Shown: positions 1 to 12,915 of the stretch, in pieces | How the letters are laid out: the number at the start of each line of letters is the position of its first letter | Numbering within the stretch: the first letter of the stretch is position 1 | Source of the DNA: Macrostomum hystrix | Lineage: Eukaryota; Animalia; Platyhelminthes | DNA length: 64,000 nucleotides | Reading direction: 5' to 3' | Assembly (NCBI GenBank): GCA_950097015.1 | Contig: CATNEN010000034.1 | Location: 2,356,001 to 2,420,000, forward strand | Made by a program: the position numbers and the translations under genes | Notes under the pieces: generated by a model | What the model was told of the DNA's origin: nothing | Databases searched by the model: none | Seen by the model: only the letters and a program-made list of their open reading frames with translations

Positions 1-53
1 CGCAGTCCCAAGAGGCGAACGGAGCCGCAAACTTTGCAAACGGTTGCGGTCTG

Positions 54-1352
54 ATGGGACCAGCACGACCTGGCATGGTTGATGGGTCAGCCATCATCAT
101 GCCCCCAGTCATGGCGCAGCCGCTCCTGGCTCCGCCGCCGCCTCCGCTGTTGCCGCCGCCACCGCCGCCGATTCCACCACCGGCGCCTTCGATGCAGCAG
201 CAGCAGCAAGTGTCGCAGAACTCGCAACAGCAAAGGCCAAGTTCTCACCCGACTCAGCAGCAGAAGCAGACTAAAAGAATTGACACGTCTGACTCAAATC
301 GAAAGCCGGCGCAAAATCAGCCAGAGCAACAGCAACAGCAGCAGCATCCGGATCAGCCATACCGCTGCAGCATGTGTCACGGACGGTTCGCGGACCCAAA
401 CCAGCTGCGGGAGCACCTGCGCGCACACGACACACCGGAGGGCAAGACCTGCGTGGACTGCGGCAAGGAGTTCAATTGCGCATCGGCGCTTCGCATTCAC
501 TTCAGAACTCACTCGGGCGAGAGGCCCTACATGTGCCAGTTTTGCGGTAAGAGCTTCTCGCAGAATGGCACGCTGAAGAGGCACCACCAGACCTGCCGCA
601 CGGCCAAGGCGGTGCTGCCGACGCTCACGGACCTGCGCACCAGTCCCAACAGCAGCGAGAAGGAGAACATGCTCGAGGACGTGGTGGACGGGGCGCCAAG
701 TCTCACTCCGCAGCCGCCGCCTCTGCTAGCCGCGGCGAGCAGCCCGTCCTGCGCCAGCGTCTCCAGCGACAGCTCAGACAGCCGCAACAGTGCTGAGAGT
801 GGCGGCGTCGGCGAAGGCAGCGGCGATGCCGGTGGCGCCGGCAGCGGAGGAGGCGGCAGCAGCGGGGATGGCGGCAGCAGCGGGGATGGCGGCAGCAGCG
901 GGGATGGCGGCAGCAGCGGGGATGGCAGCGGCAGGCGAAAGAGCAAGCGCACTGTTGATGACATCTGCGCCCTGCTGGCCACGGAGCGGGTCCGCCCTGA
1001 CATTCACGGAGCCCCCGGCAGCGTCAGCGGCGGAGACGCCTCGCTAACGCCCGAGACGAAGCAGCGCTTCCAGGAGATTCATCAGCGGCCAGTTGGATCC
1101 ATACCGCTGAACGAGCTGCTTCACTATCTGCTGCTGCGGGGACACCTGTACAGGTGCGCGCATTGCCAGGTGTTCTTCCTTGACTCGGCCATGTACTGCC
1201 TGCACATGCGGCAGCACGACCCGCAGGAGGCCTTTAAGTGCAGCCAGTGCGGCTTCACCGCCGAGGAGAGATACACCTTCAACAGTCACTTCGTTGAGCA
1301 TGGCCGACCCTCTCAGCAACAGCAGCAGCAGCTGCAGCACGATATTGACTGA
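54..1352 (+). CDS. C2H2 zinc-finger transcription factor, Ikaros/Hunchback-like (3 N-terminal fingers plus C-terminal finger pair); probably 5'-truncated by the window edge
   Basis: 432-aa ORF. Fingers CSMC..H..H, CVDC..H...H (followed by linker SGERPY) and CQFC..H...C. C-terminal YRCAHCQVFFLDSAMYCLHMRQH..FKCSQCG...ERYTFNSHF resembles the Ikaros dimerisation fingers. The frame is open from position 3 to the ATG, so the true start may lie upstream. Confidence 0.85.
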   Translation: MGPARPGMVDGSAIIMPPVMAQPLLAPPPPPLLPPPPPPIPPPAPSMQQQQQVSQNSQQQRPSSHPTQQQKQTKRIDTSDSNRKPAQNQPEQQQQQQHPDQPYRCSMCHGRFADPNQLREHLRAHDTPEGKTCVDCGKEFNCASALRIHFRTHSGERPYMCQFCGKSFSQNGTLKRHHQTCRTAKAVLPTLTDLRTSPNSSEKENMLEDVVDGAPSLTPQPPPLLAAASSPSCASVSSDSSDSRNSAESGGVGEGSGDAGGAGSGGGGSSGDGGSSGDGGSSGDGGSSGDGSGRRKSKRTVDDICALLATERVRPDIHGAPGSVSGGDASLTPETKQRFQEIHQRPVGSIPLNELLHYLLLRGHLYRCAHCQVFFLDSAMYCLHMRQHDPQEAFKCSQCGFTAEERYTFNSHFVEHGRPSQQQQQQLQHDID

Positions 1353-2321
1353 CCAAGTGATTGTCCTGATAGTTAGTTCAGATTTCCCTAATCCTCAGAA
1401 ACATACGTCACTGTGTATTGTCCACTTAGTTCGTACGCGTATTTTTTCATTGTTTTGGCACCTGGGCTAAAGTCAATAGCTCCGTCATTTTAAACAGATC
1501 ATCATCAATTACCTTAGCCTATTATTTTGTACCTACATCGTTGTTTGTTTTTTAACGCTCTTTGTTAGTTTTCGTTAAATTTGCCAGCCACTGTCTGAGT
1601 AGTTTCTGAGAAAATAACTTTTCTCATATTTATCAGCGTTCAGGACGCTTTTTGTTGCAGACTTGTAAATTTCGCTTACTTATCGTTGCTATAGCCTATT
1701 TGCCTGGCATTTGTTTGCTTAGCTTTGAAAAACCCACCTGTATCCATTTCTGAGATTGTTGCTTGACTTGATTAGCAACTAAACTTGCTTGGAGAGAAGT
1801 TAACGCTACATTCGTAATGTTTTAACAGACACTTCCTAGTTTTGCAAAAATTCTGTTTAAAAGTTTTGAAAATTCTGTCTTAGAAACATGATAAAGTTTT
1901 GCTTATTAAAAATTAGGAGTAACATAATTAATTACTTCTTTTTTCATCAACAGTTCTATCACTCCTTTTCATATCCTGACTACAAGTTTTCATCAGTCAA
2001 CAATAGCGTAAGGCGAATGGACCTCGGTATGTAGTTAGCAATTTTTTTATCTAAAAGACTAAACATTTTTCTCAATTAACTTAAAGTTATTGTTGATATT
2101 CTTTATCAATGAGTTGATAACAATTTGTTATTATAGCTATTTTTAAGGTTTCATCATATCTACGTGGACAGCCCAAATGCTAAAGTCTGTTTAATATATA
2201 TATTTTTTTATTTATAACAAAGTTTCCAGTCCGTTAAATTAGTGTAACGAACAAGCAAAACTTATTTTTTTTAACTAGAAGTTGCGTAATTGTTTAGCTT
2301 CTCAAAGCTCGTGAATGCCTC

Positions 2322-2327
2322 AATAAA
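2322..2327 (+). promoter_or_regulatory. Candidate polyadenylation signal of the zinc-finger gene
   Basis: AATAAA at the end of a ~1 kb AT/U-rich stretch after the stop codon, just before the 22-bp satellite. Confidence 0.4.
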
Positions 2328-2394
2328 ACATTTGTTAAAAATGAATTTTCCATTTTTTCGAATTACTGATCAATACTTCATAGTATTCTAATTT

Positions 2395-3050
2395 CAGTAG
2401 GGCTTGAGTAGTGCTGAAGTAGGGATTGAGTTGTGCTTGAGTAGGGATTGAGTAGTGTTGGAGTATAGATTGAGTTGTCTTAAAAGAGGGATTGAGTATT
2501 GTTAGGGTATGGATTGAGTAGTGTTCGAGTATGGATTGAGCAGTGTTGAAAGAGGGATTGAGTAGTGTTGGAGTATAGATTGAGTTGTGTTAGAGTATGG
2601 ATTAAGTAGTGTTGGAGTAGGGATTGAGTAGTGTTGGAGTAGGGATTGAGTAGTGTTGGAGTAGGGATTGAGTAGTGTTGGTGTATGGATTGAGTAGTGT
2701 TGAAAGAGGGATTGAGTAGTGTTGGAGTAGGGATTGAGTAGTGTTGGAGTAGGGATTGGGTAGTGTTGGAGTAGGGATTGAGTAGTGTTGGTGTATGGAT
2801 TGAGTAGTGTTGAAAGAGGGATTGAGTAGTGTTCGAGTATGGATTGAGCAGTTTTGAAAGAGGGATTGAGTAGTGTTGGAGTAGGGATTGAGTAGTGTTG
2901 GAGTAGGGATTGAGTAGTGTTGGAGTAGGGATTGAGTAGTGTTGGAGTAGGGATTAAGTAGTGTTGGAGTAGGGATTGAGTAGTGTTGGTGTATGGATTG
3001 AGTAGTGTTGAAAGAGGGATTGAGTAGTGTTGGAGTAGGGATTGAGTAAT
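2395..3050. repeat. 22-bp tandem repeat (TAGTGTTGGAGTAGGGATTGAG)n
   Basis: Unit is directly visible; the overlapping ORF repeats every 22 aa (3 units). Confidence 0.95.
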
Positions 3051-3793
3051 GAGAGTCTGTGAACACCCAAGAAGAGTCTGTGAATACTAAAAGTTAATGA
3101 ATTGTAAACAAAAAAGCAATTGCGAGTGAGTATTGTTGCAGAAACGAAAGTATTTATTAGTCATACTGAAAACATACTTTATTTTCGGGGGAAAATCAGA
3201 AAATTATTTCTAGTAAAAAGTCAGGGCTGCAAAGCGCAGAGCAATGAAGAATTTGGAGCAGCCATCAAGTCACGCATGTCCAGTATGAAACCAGTCTCAT
3301 GGATAAGCAGTGAATTTGAGATCATGCTTGTCCAAGCAACAACAATTGAGAACCCGATCAGTCTGTCAATCAGCTCTGTAAGGCAGCAGCTGAGAATTAG
3401 GGAAGCGGAGCGAAGTCGGCCCGCTGCCTAGCAACCAATGTAAACAAGCGTAAACCTTGGAGACAGGCCATCTCTGCTCACCGGGGCAAGTACTCAAGAG
3501 TGTCGGTCATGACAGTATTTTGCAGTCAAACACCGGGTTTAGCCAGGTATGTTGCGCGCATTGTTGACAGGTAAAACAGGTAAAATTATCCGCACGAAGC
3601 TTTACGAAACTGTTTTACAAAAGTGACCAAATATATTTGGAAAAATGTTCAAGACAGCACGGAATTGAGAAGTAGCAATAGCAATGCTCAGCTGAGAACA
3701 CTATCAATTAAGATCAACTTTTTAACTTCTGTGTCAAAGAGACAAGATCTCAAGGAGACCCCAGACTGCCAAACAATACAGTATTCTCCAATT

Positions 3794-5160
3794 GCAGTGC
3801 ATCACGCAGTCGATGTCGCTGAACTTCAAGGTGGCGGTGATTGTTGACAACGGTGCCGTGAACAGATCCGTCATTGACAACGCCTTCAGCCACCGAGTCA
3901 ACTCCAACTGGCGAGTCCTGCTCGGTCACTCTGTCAGCTACGTCGAGGTCAACGCCACATCGTGCAGTGCAACGCAAATCGTCAAGTCACGTGAGTCACT
4001 AATCAGGCGTACAGTTCATATTTGTGTGCACAATATTCGGTTATCGAAACGCGGCCCGCAGTGTGTCAGCAGACCGGACTGTCGGGTGTCATCGCGGTGG
4101 GTCAGTGCGGAACTCTGTCGCAGATTTCGGCAGCCACAAAGACCATGCGACTGCCGCTCATCTCACTGCCGACAGGAATATGCGATCACCAATATTCTGC
4201 TTCAGGTGAGACCTTGCTACTCGTTGCTGCAACTTTGAGCACTATATCTCAAACACTGTCGATGTTTCGATTTGTGGCACCATTCTCCGACACTCCAGAC
4301 TTCAACTGGTTCTACAACTGCGAACAATTTAGCACGAAGCTAATTACTGTGAGTAGTGTGCTGAGCTTGGAAACGGTAAAAATGATACATCGCATGTTAG
4401 CGCATCCTATATTTTCTATGTAAAATCGAACCCCACTCACGCAACTGTTCATCGTACGGCAAACTGCAGCTATGTGGATTTGATGGACGAGATTTTCAAC
4501 ACCGCTACAATGCACTTCGCTTTTCCGGACGATGCCTGTCTTGCCGAAGTGATGGTCTTTTAGTGAGTGAAGTTGCTTACTTGTGGGGGAGGCGGCTAGC
4601 AAGTCTTTGTCTTAGCAAGAGCTCGTTAGGGTGAGTTTATGGGTGACTTCCTTATCAATGGATCTTATATGTGCTTTTATGAGTGAGTGTTGTTATGAAT
4701 GAGCTAGATTTTACCCATTGGTTTGAGCTTTCGACTTCTCAACGAGAATGGAAAATATTTTTGTTCTTGAGCTATACATTTAATTCTTCAGTGCCTCAGT
4801 TCATTTAGCTTGCAAAAAACTGATACCAGCATCAGCTGGGCTAGAAATTTGAATTGGTGGGGCCGACCTACCCAGTCCATGGACTGAACAGCTGTACGCA
4901 CATTGGACTGAACAGCTTTACGCAGCCTTTGGAAGTGCCGCGCAATGCCAAGTGCTGCGCATCTAGCCCGACTTGGCTAGTTGTCGTTCTAATCTCAAAC
5001 TATTTTCTATGAAAGAGCGATTAAAAAGAAACAAGGTTGATTTGTTTCTTGTGGTTGTCCATTATTTTTTTTAAAGACTTGGTATGTCGAATCTCAATGC
5101 CATTTCCAGATTCCAGAAGATGAAGGAGGATTGCGTGACGCAGAAGCTATTCAACAAGTC
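3794..5160 (+). pseudogene. Relic fourth copy of the iGluR-like gene with a large internal deletion
   Basis: 3794-4307 is near-identical to exons 1-3 of copy A but lacks the ATG and most of the signal peptide, and the intron-2 acceptor is mutated (CTCAAG to CTCAAA). 5103-5160 is a decayed last exon (FQKMKEDCVTQKLFNK vs FQKMQETGIMQKLFNT). Confidence 0.8.
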
Positions 5161-5678
5161 CCGTCCAACGCCGCAGAGACGCAGTTTTTTGTTTTAGTAA
5201 GCTAAAAATCACGTTTCAGTGTCATTGCATTGTCCATTAACGAGCGTCAAATTCTCGATAAATGAAAATTGAGAAATAAACACATTTGAAAAAACAGACA
5301 CAAAGACGTACCGTCTAAGGTTTCATTAAACTGAATGTGCTCAAGGTGCAACCACACACCTAAGAAGAAAACTCAGTGCTTAGCAACTAAACGTTAAATT
5401 ACATCTCAATCGACTTCAACCGTAACACAATACCAGGAAACTCATCCGCAGTGCTTTGATCCGATGTCAACAATCACTAAGCGAAGCGGGCACAACCAAA
5501 CTTTCTCCGTGTAAAACACTCAACCTAGCTGGCTGCAGTCTAAATTCAGAGCCCCAAAATTCAAAACGAAAACGGATGGTTCTTACCTGAGTCGGTACTT
5601 GCAATTGAGAAAAATTGCTCATGAAAACATTGAGAACAAATTATGTCCGATTGAATGACTTTTTCGTTCAAACGAAGA

Positions 5679-5691
5679 GTTGCTAAGAAAC
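5679..5691 (+). promoter_or_regulatory. RFX X-box-like motif upstream of receptor copy A
   Basis: GTTGCTAAGAAAC fits RYYNYY-N-RRNRAC, about 100 bp upstream of the ATG; TATATAAA follows near 5726. Confidence 0.55.
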
Positions 5692-5792
5692 AAATCGCAA
5701 CACGCTTGACCAATTAAAAAATGTATATATAAATGTCAAAAACTAAATACGGTGAAAAAAAGTCTAACTTACTTGTTCTAAGAGCCAACACC

Positions 5793-8700
5793 ATGGCTGT
5801 GCTGCTGTTTTCATTGCTGCTCGCGCAGTGCATCGCGCAGTCGATGTCGCTGAACTTCAAGGTGGCGGTGATTGTTGAGAACGGTGCCGTGAACAGATCC
5901 GTCATTGACAACGCCTTCAGCCACCGAGTCAACTCCAACTGGCGAGTCCTGCTCGGTCACTCTGTCAGCTACGTCGAGGTCAACGCCACATCGTGCAGTG
6001 CAACGCAAATCGTCAAGTCACGTGAGTCACTAATCAGGCGAACAGTTCATATTTGTGTGCACAATATTCGGTTATCGAAACGCGGCCCGCAGTGTGTCAG
6101 CAGACCGGACTGTCGGGTGTCATCGCGGTGGGTCAGTGCGGAACTCTGTCGCAGATTTCGGCAGCCACAAAGACCATGCGACTGCCGCTCATCTCACTGC
6201 CGACAGGAATATGCGATCACCAATATTCTGCTTCAGGTGAGACCTTGCTACTCGTTGCTGCAACTTTGAGCACTATATCTCAAGCACTGTCGATGTTTCG
6301 ATTTGTGGCACCATTCTCCGACACTCCAGACTTCAACTTGTTCGGAGTGCACACCTCGTGGCACATGGTGAATGCTGCAGTGGAGGCGATGGCAGCAAAG
6401 GCAGCGATGCAGGTCGCAATCTTCTTCGACAGCAAACAGAGTAAGAGTAAAATATGCCTATCAGTGCGACAAGAAATGCTTGTATGATTTCATTGAAAGC
6501 AAAGCACAACGCAACGTTTGTGTAGGCTCGGCGGTCCTGCAGACGTTGCAAAACTCGCTCACAAAGCGTGGAATCAGCTCTCTCACATTCCAAGTGGACT
6601 CAAACAGTGGTGTTCTGATCTCAAGCCTCGACTCGCACTTGACTCGACTGCTCAAGAAGAAGGTGTACCACATTCTGGTGCTGGCTGAGCCACCAAGCGT
6701 GTTTGCCATTCTCGATCACGCAAACGTGTCCCTGGTGCTGCAGCAGAACTACTTCTGGCTCATCATCGACACGGGAATCGCCAAGGCACAACTGAGACCT
6801 CGCATTCTTCCGAACTCGAATGTCGCTCTCGTGAGAGGAGGCACAACGGGACTGAATGTTCCCGGATCGTGCTCTGCTCCAGTGCGAGACGTGTTCGACA
6901 GTTGCGACACGGACTGGATCCGAGTAACTCTTTCACCTGATGACAGTTGACCAAATAACCATTTCGGATATTTAGAAAGCATTGACAAATACAACCAAAT
7001 AATATTTTCAGACTCTCGATGCTCGGTTCATCGATGCAGTCGAGGCTCTCGCGAAGGCTCTGAACGACTCGGTCACGGAAGCGTCCTTCAATCCGAGCAA
7101 CGCCACATGCAGTCCATTGCAGGTGTGGAGCTCGGGACCCTCCGTCTATTTGAAGCTGATGAATGTGAGTGCACTGCTTTTGACATTTTACCATGTACCC
7201 GGGATGAGATGCGATGAGGCTTGCGTGAGCATTGTGTCACTTTGACTTCTCATGTGACAGATGTCGAGCTACAACTCGAATCGAGGCCTCATATCGTTCA
7301 ACTCTTCGACTGGTCACTTCGACGCTCAAGGCATTGAGGTGGTCGGCAGCTATAACGAGAGACTGTCATCGCCTCTCCAGTTCATCCAGTCCGCGATTTA
7401 CAGCACCGAGAGCAGCTCGCTGAGCGTTCAGTTCCGAGAGAAGGGCTTGCATCTCGTATTCCCGAACACCTTCATTGGATTCAAGAATGAGACGATAATT
7501 ATTTGCAGTCCTGAAGTAGGCAAGCTTCTAGTACTGTCGATTTTACATTCGAATTTGGTTGACTGTTTGAACTTCAAACAGGAGCTCGTTCATTGTAGAT
7601 TCTACCGTTCACAAGGTATACTCAGCCGCCGTTTTTTAACAAGACTGTGATCGCAACAGGAATGCTGACTGATATCTTGGAGATTCTATCGAAACGTTTG
7701 GACTTTCGGTGAGAATCGTATCTTTTGCACACGCTGGTTTCTGGTACGAAGTGTCGGCTCTGCAATTTTCTTTATCGGTGACCATACAGGTACATACTGA
7801 AGACGCCAGACGACGGACAGTGGGGTGGACCGCAACCTGGAAAGAGTTACTTCTCCGGTTGCGTTGGAGAAGTCCAGAGAGGAGTGAGTCATTGTGCTTC
7901 ACCTTTATCAACAGATGTGTGCAAATTGATAGAATCTACAAACCAATAATTTAAGAGCAACTGCTGCAAATGATTGAACTGCAAAAATTAATAAACGTTT
8001 CAGCTCGCCAGACTGGGCGGCGGCCCGTTTACCAAGACCAGCGTCCGCGACGGTGTTGTTGACTTCGCTACGCCGCTGTTCCAAGAAGCCAATGGCATTC
8101 TAGTGCCCCGGCCCCCGCCTGCGTCCAAGCTGTGGAATGTCTACACACCGTTCAACTACGATGTGTGGATTCTGATTATTGTCCTTCTCTTTGTCTGCGC
8201 CGGTCTGACCTGGGTCCTTGCCTATTTTTCACCTTTCACCGCGTTCAACCTGAACCTGGAGTTCGCCATCGCTGACGAGATCTGGTTGCAGGAGTATCTT
8301 TGGAGTGTGGTTGGCAGCTTCCTGCAGCAGGGTCAGGACTTTTATCCGTTCGCTATGTCTCCGAGAGCTGTGATGGCCTTCTGGTGGATGTTCACCGTTG
8401 TTGTCTATGGCGCTTATACAGGTAAGTGCTTTACTGGAATAAGTGCACTGAGGCATTTGTTTCGAAGTTCAAAGCTTGATCGAGTGGGCTAAAAAATTAT
8501 AGGTTAAGTAGTTAGTGCAATATTACTTCTAGTTTTTATGAAAAAAGTATAACTGGTGCGATTACGAGCTATACCAAATTTTATGAATAACACTTATTTA
8601 TGAACAAATTAACAAAAACATGAGCTTTATTGCAAGAATCTGGCTGTTGCTGCATTTGTCATCATTGTCTGGGTGCCTGATTCCCTATACGGAGTACTCA

Positions 8701-10765
8701 CAATTACTTTCATTGAAAGTAATACTTGTAAATAGGATTTATCTTCGATAGTTCCCCATGTGACTATTGAATCTTATTCCCATTTTTTATTCTCCGACGA
8801 ACAAAATACCTCACCGAAACCACCGATTTCCATGTCCAGCCAAGTGTGGTCATCCTGTGATAGGGAAGCCATTTCATTTGAAAGTCTGAACCATATAGAC
8901 ACAGATTTATGAACATACTAAAACTGGAACTATTTTATAGGATGAAAGTTGGAGGCTGAGTGGCAGAGCGGTTAACGCGTTTGTCACTCGCACTTAAGGT
9001 CCCTGAGCTCGATAACGCGGCAATGCCACACTCATTTGGGGCGCAGCCGCGGAGAGATTGTTATATGAGGATGAAATTTACGCCCTTGAGGGCCAACCTC
9101 CAAGGCACAGCGATAGTGCTCAGTGCCTGACGATGAGAAAGTGAGAAAGCGGAATGGGCAGAATTGCCTCCTCGCTGGCTGCGGGTCTGGTGTCACCAAG
9201 TGATGTGCCCGTGCCCGCAGCCCTCCTGCAAGTATTATATTATTATATATTATTATTATATTAAGATGAAAGTTCAAGCAGCTCATTTTATTTATGGACT
9301 AAAAAGCGATAATTTTCATCTATTTGAAAGCGGGGTCGATTAAAAAACTTTGGATGAACTTGTCCGTATACTTGAAAAATTATCAGGTGACCTAACTGCT
9401 CACCTGACCATCAGCATTACGGACCTGCCGATCAAGACGCTGGACGACTTGGTCTCGCAGTCGGCCATCAAGCCGCTGCTACCAGCCGCTACAAACATTG
9501 AAACTCTCGTGTCCATGAGCACTGGCGGAGTCTATAGGAAAGTGGCGGAGAGCATGGTTCTTGCCGAGAGCGTTAACAGCTGCATTGATCGGGTCTGTGC
9601 TTGCCATCTGTTTATGGTTATCTTGCTTTCAATTTTGCTTGTTATCAATCAACAATCAAATGTTAAAATGTAGAAGAAATGTGGAAGTACGAGCGTAATT
9701 CTATGTGCATTCTTAACATATGAGCGATGATAATAATATTATGTGCTGGAGGCTGGGCGAGCCAGTAGTGATCCTGTCCATTTCGCTGACCCGTGAGCAC
9801 ACACTCACACGGGTGTGTACATCTGTACTCACCCTCACAGTGCTTTTGGGGGTTAGCCCCTGAAAGGCAATAAGTCTATAAGCCTCCTCTTCGCGGCTGT
9901 GCCCTAATGAATGAGGCCTCGGAATCGAGCTCAGGACCATGGTGCCAATGAGCAACAATTGGGAACGACAATAATTGAAGTCCATTTGAACTTAAACGTA
10001 AACTGCCTCTGAAAGATCACAAGTGCCAGCTTCTGCACCAAAAGTTAACAAGCTGCATGGCGAATTCTTCCACAAATATAGCTCTTTCTCCGTCCCCACC
10101 GCAGGTGTTCAAAGAGAGTGTGGCCTGCATCACGGACTACACTGCACTGCTGTACGTGGCCAGGGCTAACTGTAGCCAGGTCTACCTGGCCAATGAGGTC
10201 TTCAATACGGCCACTGTGGCCTTCGTGTACCCGGACGACGCGTTCTACGGTCCCAACTTTGACTTTCAGTGAGCAAAAAGCTGAAATGGTGGTTTTGAGG
10301 CGTTTGTAACCAGGGACATGCAAATCACACGAATGTGCAAGAGAAAACTGCAAAGTCAGACTCTTAATGATCTTTTCGTTCAAATATGTTGACACGAATC
10401 GAGCATCTTGCGTACTTGTACTGTAGTAGTCCGTTGCTACTGGTGGCAAGGTTCTATGGTTCTCTAAGTTTTCCTAAAACCTACTTCTCATAAAGTCAAT
10501 CGAACTGACCCCCAACCGTCCCTGTAGGTTCCAAAAGATGCAGGAGACGGGCATCCTTCATAAGCTGTTCAACACCTACTGGTCAAGCGACGCCGTCTGC
10601 TCTACCGGAAGCTCCACCGAAGCCGACTCCATCAACCTGGAGGGCAGCGGTGGCTGCTTCATCGTCACCCTGGCCTTCTACGTGCTGGGCATTGTGATTC
10701 TGTTCGTGGAGCTGCTGTGGACCAAGGCGCTGAAGAAGCAGCCTCTCGACTGTGCCGTCTACTGA
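5793..10765 (+). CDS. Ionotropic glutamate receptor / IR-like channel subunit, copy A (12 exons, about 854 aa)
   Basis: Hand-spliced GT-AG exons 5793-6021, 6093-6236, 6285-6440, 6526-6923, 7012-7164, 7261-7515, 7599-7708, 7790-7883, 8004-8421, 9387-9592, 10105-10268, 10528-10765 sum to 2565 nt in frame. Signal peptide, ATD, S1 (DGQWG, PFTKTSVRDGVVDF), M1, pore SFLQQG, M3 YTGDLTAHLT, S2 and M4 are all present. Confidence 0.9.
8951..9264 (+). mobile_element. tRNA-derived SINE with target-site duplication, in intron 9 of copy A
   Basis: A-box TGGCAGAGCGG (8961-8971), B-box-like GAGCTCGATAAC and a (TAT)n-type tail. Flanked by the direct repeat GATGAAAGTT at 8941-8950 and 9265-9274. Confidence 0.85.
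9720..9975 (-). mobile_element. Diverged SINE of the same family, in intron 10 of copy A
   Basis: Reverse strand shows GGTCCTGAGCTCGATTCC, GGGCACAGCCGCG, GGGGCTAACCCCCAAAAGCAC and an AT-rich tail, collinear with the 8951 element. Ends are approximate. Confidence 0.6.
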
Positions 10766-11206
10766 GCGGCTGAACGAGGAGCTCAGTCGGTAGCGACCTG
10801 ACCGACGGACTGTCGCAAACTCTCCAGTGACACGAACTTGTTTAGTCAAGCGAACAGTCTTAGATTAGCACACAAGTAGTTTGCACCTGGTGTGTTAAAC
10901 TGCCGAGCCCATCAAATTTTTTCCTTTTCCTTTACACATACAACCTTGCACATTCCGATTAGTTAGCTCGTAGAAACCGACGGTAACTACGCTAGTTTTC
11001 ACTCTGAATCCCTATGATGCACACGCATCGAAAATGTGTTACTGCTGCCGATAATGCGTTATTATCTGCTGGTATTGTGATACTAGCGGCCCACCTGATC
11101 TCGTCAAATCTGCTGCGTATGTTACGAAAGTAACTCGCTTATGTAATCTAGTGATAGATTCGGCCAACTTTAGAGCATACGCTCGTATGTGAGCAACCAC
11201 AGAGAG

Positions 11207-12915
11207 ATTAGACTAAGAGAGATGAGACTAAGAGAGGTGAGACTAAGAGAGGTGAGACTAAGAGAGGTGAGACTAAGAGAGGTGAGACTAAGAGAGGTGA
11301 GACTAAGAGAGGTGAGACAGGCGAGGGATGAGACTAAGAGAGATGAGACTAAGAGAGGTGAGACTAAGAGAGGTGAGACTAAGAGAGATGAGACTAAGAG
11401 AGGTGAGACTAAGAGAGGTGAGACAGGCGAGGGATGAGACTAAGAGAGATGAGACTAAGAGAGGTGAGACTAAGAGAGATGAGACTAAGAGAGGTGAGAC
11501 TAAGAGAGATGAGACTAAGAGAGGTGAGACTAAGAGAGGTGAGACTAAGAGAGGTGAGACAGGCGAGGGATGAGACTAAGAGAGATGAGACTAAGAGAGA
11601 TAAAACAGGCGAGGGATGAGACTAAGTGAGGTGAGACTAAGAGAGGTGAGACAGGCGAGGGATGAGACTAAGAGAGATGAGACTAAGAGAGATGAGACTA
11701 AGAGAGATAAAACAGGCGAGGGATGAGACTAAGAGAGGTGAGACTAAGAGAGGTGAGACTAAGAGAGGTGAGACTAAGAGAGGTGAGACTAAGAGAGGTG
11801 AGACTAAGAGAGGTGAGACTAAGAGAGGTGAGACAGGCGAGGGATGAGACTAAGAGAGATGAGACTAAGAGAGATGAGACTAAGAGAGATAAAACAGGCG
11901 AGGGATGAGACTAAGTGAGGTGAGACTAAGAGAGGTGAGACAGGCGAGGGATGAGACTAAGTGAGGTGAGACTAAGAGAGATGAGACTAAGAGAGATAAA
12001 ACAGGCGAGGGATGAGACTAAGAGAGATGAGACTAAGAGAGGTGAGACTAAGAGAGGTGAGACTAAGAGAGGTGAGACTAAGAGAGGTGAGACTAAGAGA
12101 GGTGAGACAGGCGAGGGATGAGACTAAGAGAGATGAGACTAAGAGAGATGAGACTAAGAGAGATAAAACAGGCGAGGGATGAGACTAAGAGAGGTGAGAC
12201 TAAGAGAGGTGAGACTAAGAGAGGTGAGACTAAGAGAGGTGAGACAGGCGAGGGATGAGACTAAGAGAGATGAGACTAAGAGAGATGAGACTAAGAGAGA
12301 TAAAACAGGCGAGGGATGAGACTAAGTGAGGTGAGACTAAGAGAGGTGAGACAGGCGAGGGATGAGACTAAGTGAGGTGAGACTAAGAGAGATGAGACTA
12401 AGAGAGATAAAACAGGCGAGGGATGAGACTAAGAGAGGTGAGACTAAGAGAGGTGAGACTAAGAGAGGTGAGACTAAGAGAGGTGAGACTAAGAGAGGTG
12501 AGACTAAGAGAGGTGAGACAGGCGAGGGATGAGACTAAGAGAGATGAGACTAAGAGAGATGAGACAGGCTAGGGATGAGACTAAGAGAGATGAGACTAAG
12601 AGAGATGAGACAGGCTAGGGATGAGACTAAGTGAGGTGAGACTAAGAGAGGTGAGACAGGCGAGGGATAAGACCAAGAGAAATGAGACAGGCGAGGGATG
12701 AGACTACGAGAGATGAGACTAAGAGAGATGAGACAGGCTAGGGATGAGACTAAGAGAGATGAGACTAAGAGAGATGAGACAGGCTAGGGATGAGACTAAG
12801 TGAGGTGAGACTAAGAGAGGTGAGACAGGCGAGGGATGAGACCAAGAGAAATGAGAGAGGCGAGGGATGAGACTACGAGGGAGGAGACAGGGGAGAGATC
12901 AGACAGGAGAAATTA
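11207..12915. repeat. 15/16-bp minisatellite (GAGACTAAGAGAGGT / GAGACAGGCGAGGGAT)n, GAGATGAGAC family
   Basis: About 1.7 kb purine-rich array between receptor copies A and B. Confidence 0.95.

Noticed and set aside
4838-4972. Possible MITE (GGGCTAGA...TCTAGCCC)
   Set aside because: Inverted match is only 8 bp and there is no TSD.
8951-9020. Possible tRNA gene
   Set aside because: Has A/B-box-like motifs but no complete cloverleaf; it continues into a SINE body with tail and TSD.
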